Shown here: positions 61,101 through 64,000 of the stretch, piece after piece
Position numbering within the stretch: the stretch's first letter is position 1
Layout of the letters: the number at the start of each line of letters is the position of its first letter
Assembly: GCA_002269645.1 (NCBI GenBank)
Contig: NIVC01000307.1
Span: 186,001 to 250,000 of the forward strand
Length of the DNA: 64,000 nucleotides
Source of the DNA: Macrostomum lignano
Lineage: Eukaryota
Reading direction: 5' to 3'
The notes under the pieces: model-generated
Told to the model about the DNA's origin: nothing
Databases searched by the model: none
What the model saw: only the letters and a program-made list of their open reading frames with translations
Translations under genes and position numbers: made by a program

Positions 61101-62629
61101 TGATTGCTCCAGCTAAGCCTGCCAGTCGGAGCTCTGGTCGATGTAAACGTTTGCGCAATGTGCCGGGGCACCACCGTGTTTATGCAGCAGCCGACTCATC
61201 CCAGTTTCCATCATCTGGAAAAGATGGATTATACTATTATGAAGCACTATGCCGATCAGTCTAGCGTGCCGGCCCTGCCCAGGCCAGTTAATCCTGGCGC
61301 CGTCTGTGTGGCCCCATTTGGCAACGCCTGGCATCGGGCCATTATTGCCGACGTCTTCCCCGAGGAGGACCTGGTGCTGATGAAGTATCTGGACTGGGGC
61401 GGCTACGAGAGAATGCCCGTTGGCTGTCTGAAACAGATTCGGTGAGTTTTTTACTGTTTGAGAACTGGTGTAAGATGTGGTTGCTAGGGAAGCTAGTGGG
61501 AGGACGGTTGCTAGGGAAGCTAGTGGGGGACAGTTGCTAGGGAAGCTAGTGGGAGGACGGTTGCTAGGGAAGCTAGTGGGGGACAGTTGCTAGGGAAGCT
61601 AGTGGGGGGATGGTTGCTAGGGAAGCTATTTGGAAGGCATGGTTGCTAGTGAAGCTAGTTGGAAGGCTGGTTGCTAGGGAAGCTAAGTTGGAGGGCATGG
61701 TTGCTAAGGAAGATAAGTTGGAAAGCATGGTTGCTAGGGAAGCTTGAAGTATACATGGTTGCTAGGGAAGCTTGCGGTATACATGGTTTCTAGCTCAACT
61801 TAGAGTCCATAGCAAGCTTCAGTGGAGAACTTGTATCCCTGTTATGACGCATTTAAAATTTATAAAAAATTATTACATCCCCGGGTCTCTAATATTTTGC
61901 GTTTCTTATTATAAATAAAGCTAGTTTAGTTTAGCGCCTTGATATAAGTCAGTCAGTGGGTTTGCAGAATAAGAATCTGTAATTCTATATTTATGAAGCT
62001 ATAAAATTTCAATGGCGGTAAAGGCCCGTATTGCGCAGTGCATGTTTCTGTGTATTTGGGTATATTTTTATTTATATCTTCTGTGCAAATCCAGCTCTAC
62101 AAATTCAATGGGCCGCGGCTGCAAGCAAGGCTTAAAAGAGAATATTTTATTTGATCAAAGTGAAAAACCTGCGCATTTAAAGCCATCGGGTGCTGTCGTG
62201 TTGTTTGTGTCTCAACCTTCCATCCAATCCTTTTATCACCAATTGAATTCTTGCGTCTTTTTTTCTGCTGCCCTCTCGTCTGCGTTCTCTATAAATTATA
62301 AAAATAACATTTCCGTTCTGCACTCGCATTGAACCTGAGGCTTTTTTGGCGGCAGCGGGCTTAATTGCTGGTCTCTTTAACCTGCTTTGTAGGTTTTTTG
62401 CAAATTGGAATGCCTTGGTTTAGTCGGGAAGAACTGGCCAGATTTTAGGTTCTGGGTTCTGGGTTAGGTCTCTAGGTTGTCAACTAGTTATACAGTTAAT
62501 GAGCTAGTTAGTTGTTTGGTTGGTTAGATAGCTATTTAGTTAGTTAGTCAGATGGCTAGTTAATTAGTTAGTCAGTCAGTTAGTTAGTTAGTTAGTCAGT
62601 TAGTTAGTTAGTTAGTTAGTTAGTCAGTC

Positions 62630-62670
<41 letters not shown>

Positions 62671-62753
62671 CAATAGTTAATTAGTTAGTCAGTTAGTTAG
62701 TTAGTTAGTTAGTTAGTTAATTAGTTAGTTAGTTAGTTAGTTTAGTCAGTTAA

Positions 62754-62850
<97 letters not shown>

Positions 62851-62851
62851 C

Positions 62852-62888
<37 letters not shown>

Positions 62889-62927
62889 AGTCAGTTAATT
62901 AGTTAGTTAGTTAGTTAGTTAGTTAGC

Positions 62928-62972
<45 letters not shown>

Positions 62973-64000
62973 GTTAGTTAGTCATTCAGTCAGTTAGTCA
63001 GACAGTCAGCTAGTTAGTAAGTTAGTTACTAATCTGGTTAGTGAAAGTTAGTCAAGACCTTGATAAGCACAGTTTGTTCAAATTAATATGAAATGGTTGC
63101 TGAACATCATTATTCTGTGCAAACAAAATTATCTTAATGCTCCAGAAAGTATCCACAAGGGCATTTCATTCTCGTTAGTCACGTGTTCTTGCAAAAAACG
63201 CTATAGAATCCCAGGCTTGGGAAATGCAGAAGGCTGGAATGCAAAATGCGATATATGCGTTGTACTTTTGTGCGCAGAAGAAAGAAAGCGTAGTGTAATT
63301 TGCTTTTGTCTAGGAAAGAAAAAACAATTAAATCTTTATTTGATTATCTGGAAACTGCTAGGGAAGCTAGTGGAGGACAGTTGCTAGGGAAGCTAGTGGG
63401 TGGACAGTTGCTAGGGAAGCTAGTGGGTGGACAGTTGCTAGGGAAGCTAGTGGGTGGACAGTTGCTAGGGAAGCTAGTGGGTGGACAGTTGCTAGGGAAG
63501 CTAGTGGGTGGACAGTTGCTAGGGAAGCTAGTGGGTGGACAGTTGCTAGGGAAGCTAGTGGGTGGACAGTTGCTAGGGAAGCTAGTGGGTGGACAGTTGC
63601 TAGGGAAGCTAGTGGGTGGACAGTTGCTAGGGAAGCTAGTGGGTGGACAGTTGCTAGGGAAGCTAGTGGGTGGACAGTTGCTAGGGAAGCTAGTGGGTGG
63701 ACTGTTGCTAGGGAAGCCCACTGTGGTCAGAAAAGGTGTTGCGCCAGTCACCAGGGTGCCCACAACCATCCTGCGATTATTATTATTACCCCCGCAGCAC
63801 GGAGATGATGCACCTGCCTTTCCAAGCAGTCGAAGGCCATCTGGCTTACGTGTCGCCCATCTTGACCGATGACGAGGACCCAGACTCTCAGCTGGAACAG
63901 CTGAGCCGCATTCTGCACGAGCGCTACCTGACAGGCAAGCGTATCAAGGCGCAGGTGGTGTACTTTAATGACGTCAGCCAGCCTTGTGTCTACCTGTACA
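53939..64000 (+). CDS. AKAP1: AKAP1-like mitochondrial outer-membrane KH-Tudor protein, 3'-truncated by the window end
   Basis: Join 53939-55100,56894-57021,61113-61441,63798->64000. N-terminal hydrophobic anchor (AALLAGGVSISAIILLIYLKLR), low-complexity linker, KH (GxxG = GTRG), extended Tudor (FMQQPTHPSF..WHRA..YLDWGG..QIR..LPFQA). Confidence 0.88.
55185..55605. repeat. GAAGGATCATAGAGG..GAAGCTCACT minisatellite
   Basis: Direct reading. Confidence 0.88.
56410..56775. repeat. 42-bp minisatellite GGACTCGAGCTCGGGACCTCTTTCACAACAAGGTAGACTCCA
   Basis: 14-aa periodicity. Confidence 0.93.
56894..57021 (+). CDS. AKAP1: AKAP1 coding exon 2 (end of KH)
   Basis: GPAECVKAALQVIKKRFPEL...; CAA|GTGAGT. 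Confidence 0.88.
58740..59150. mobile_element. Foldback-like element: inverted arrays of a 16-bp unit
   Basis: (GGGTTTGTGATATTTC)n at 58866-59148 faces degenerate reverse-complement units (CCCGAAATATCACGAACCC) at 58740-58840. Confidence 0.55.
61113..61441 (+). CDS. AKAP1: AKAP1 coding exon 3 (Tudor)
   Basis: LSLPVGALVDV...WHRAII...YLDWGGY...KQI; CG|GTGAGT. Confidence 0.9.
61478..61790. repeat. 27-bp GGACAGTTGCTAGGGAAGCTAGTGGG(T) repeat, degenerate
   Basis: Direct reading. Confidence 0.88.
62500..63030. repeat. (TTAG)n microsatellite
   Basis: Direct reading. Confidence 0.95.
63352..63718. repeat. 27-bp GGACAGTTGCTAGGGAAGCTAGTGGGT repeat, homogeneous
   Basis: GQLLGKLVG periodicity. Confidence 0.95.
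63798..64000 (+). CDS. AKAP1: AKAP1 coding exon 4 (partial)
   Basis: CCCGCAG|; TEMMHLPFQAVEGHL...IKAQVV...CVYLY, open to the window end. Confidence 0.88.

Overview
Eukaryotic (animal) genomic DNA. Compact GC-rich exons separated by minisatellite-filled introns suggest a Macrostomum-like flatworm, but this is inference only. Three spliced genes were reconstructed by hand, each with GT-AG introns and consistent phases. (1) A secreted ADAMTS-like/punctin (madd-4-like) gene on + (3582-16854; 10 exons; 732 aa; signal peptide, TSP1 repeats, Ig, TSP1 repeats, PLAC). (2) A complete DLEC1/CFAP81 gene on - (26363-48681; 15 exons; 1753 aa). (3) An AKAP1-like TM-KH-Tudor gene on + (CDS from 53939, running off the window), head-to-head with DLEC1. 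24 of the 26 coding-region introns contain tandem-repeat arrays, mostly a different unit in each, and most long ORFs in the supplied track are translations of these repeats. Non-genic highlights: an inverted pair of Penelope-type hammerhead ribozyme motifs flanked by an 11-bp direct repeat (12936-13434), two tandem degenerate copies of the 28S rRNA H69-H71 (R2/I-PpoI target) region (4434-4579), a tRNA-derived SINE (30610-30971), a LINE 3' remnant, a foldback-like element, and a 3.7-kb CpG desert upstream of the AKAP1 CDS. No CRISPR array, intact rRNA or intact tRNA gene was found.
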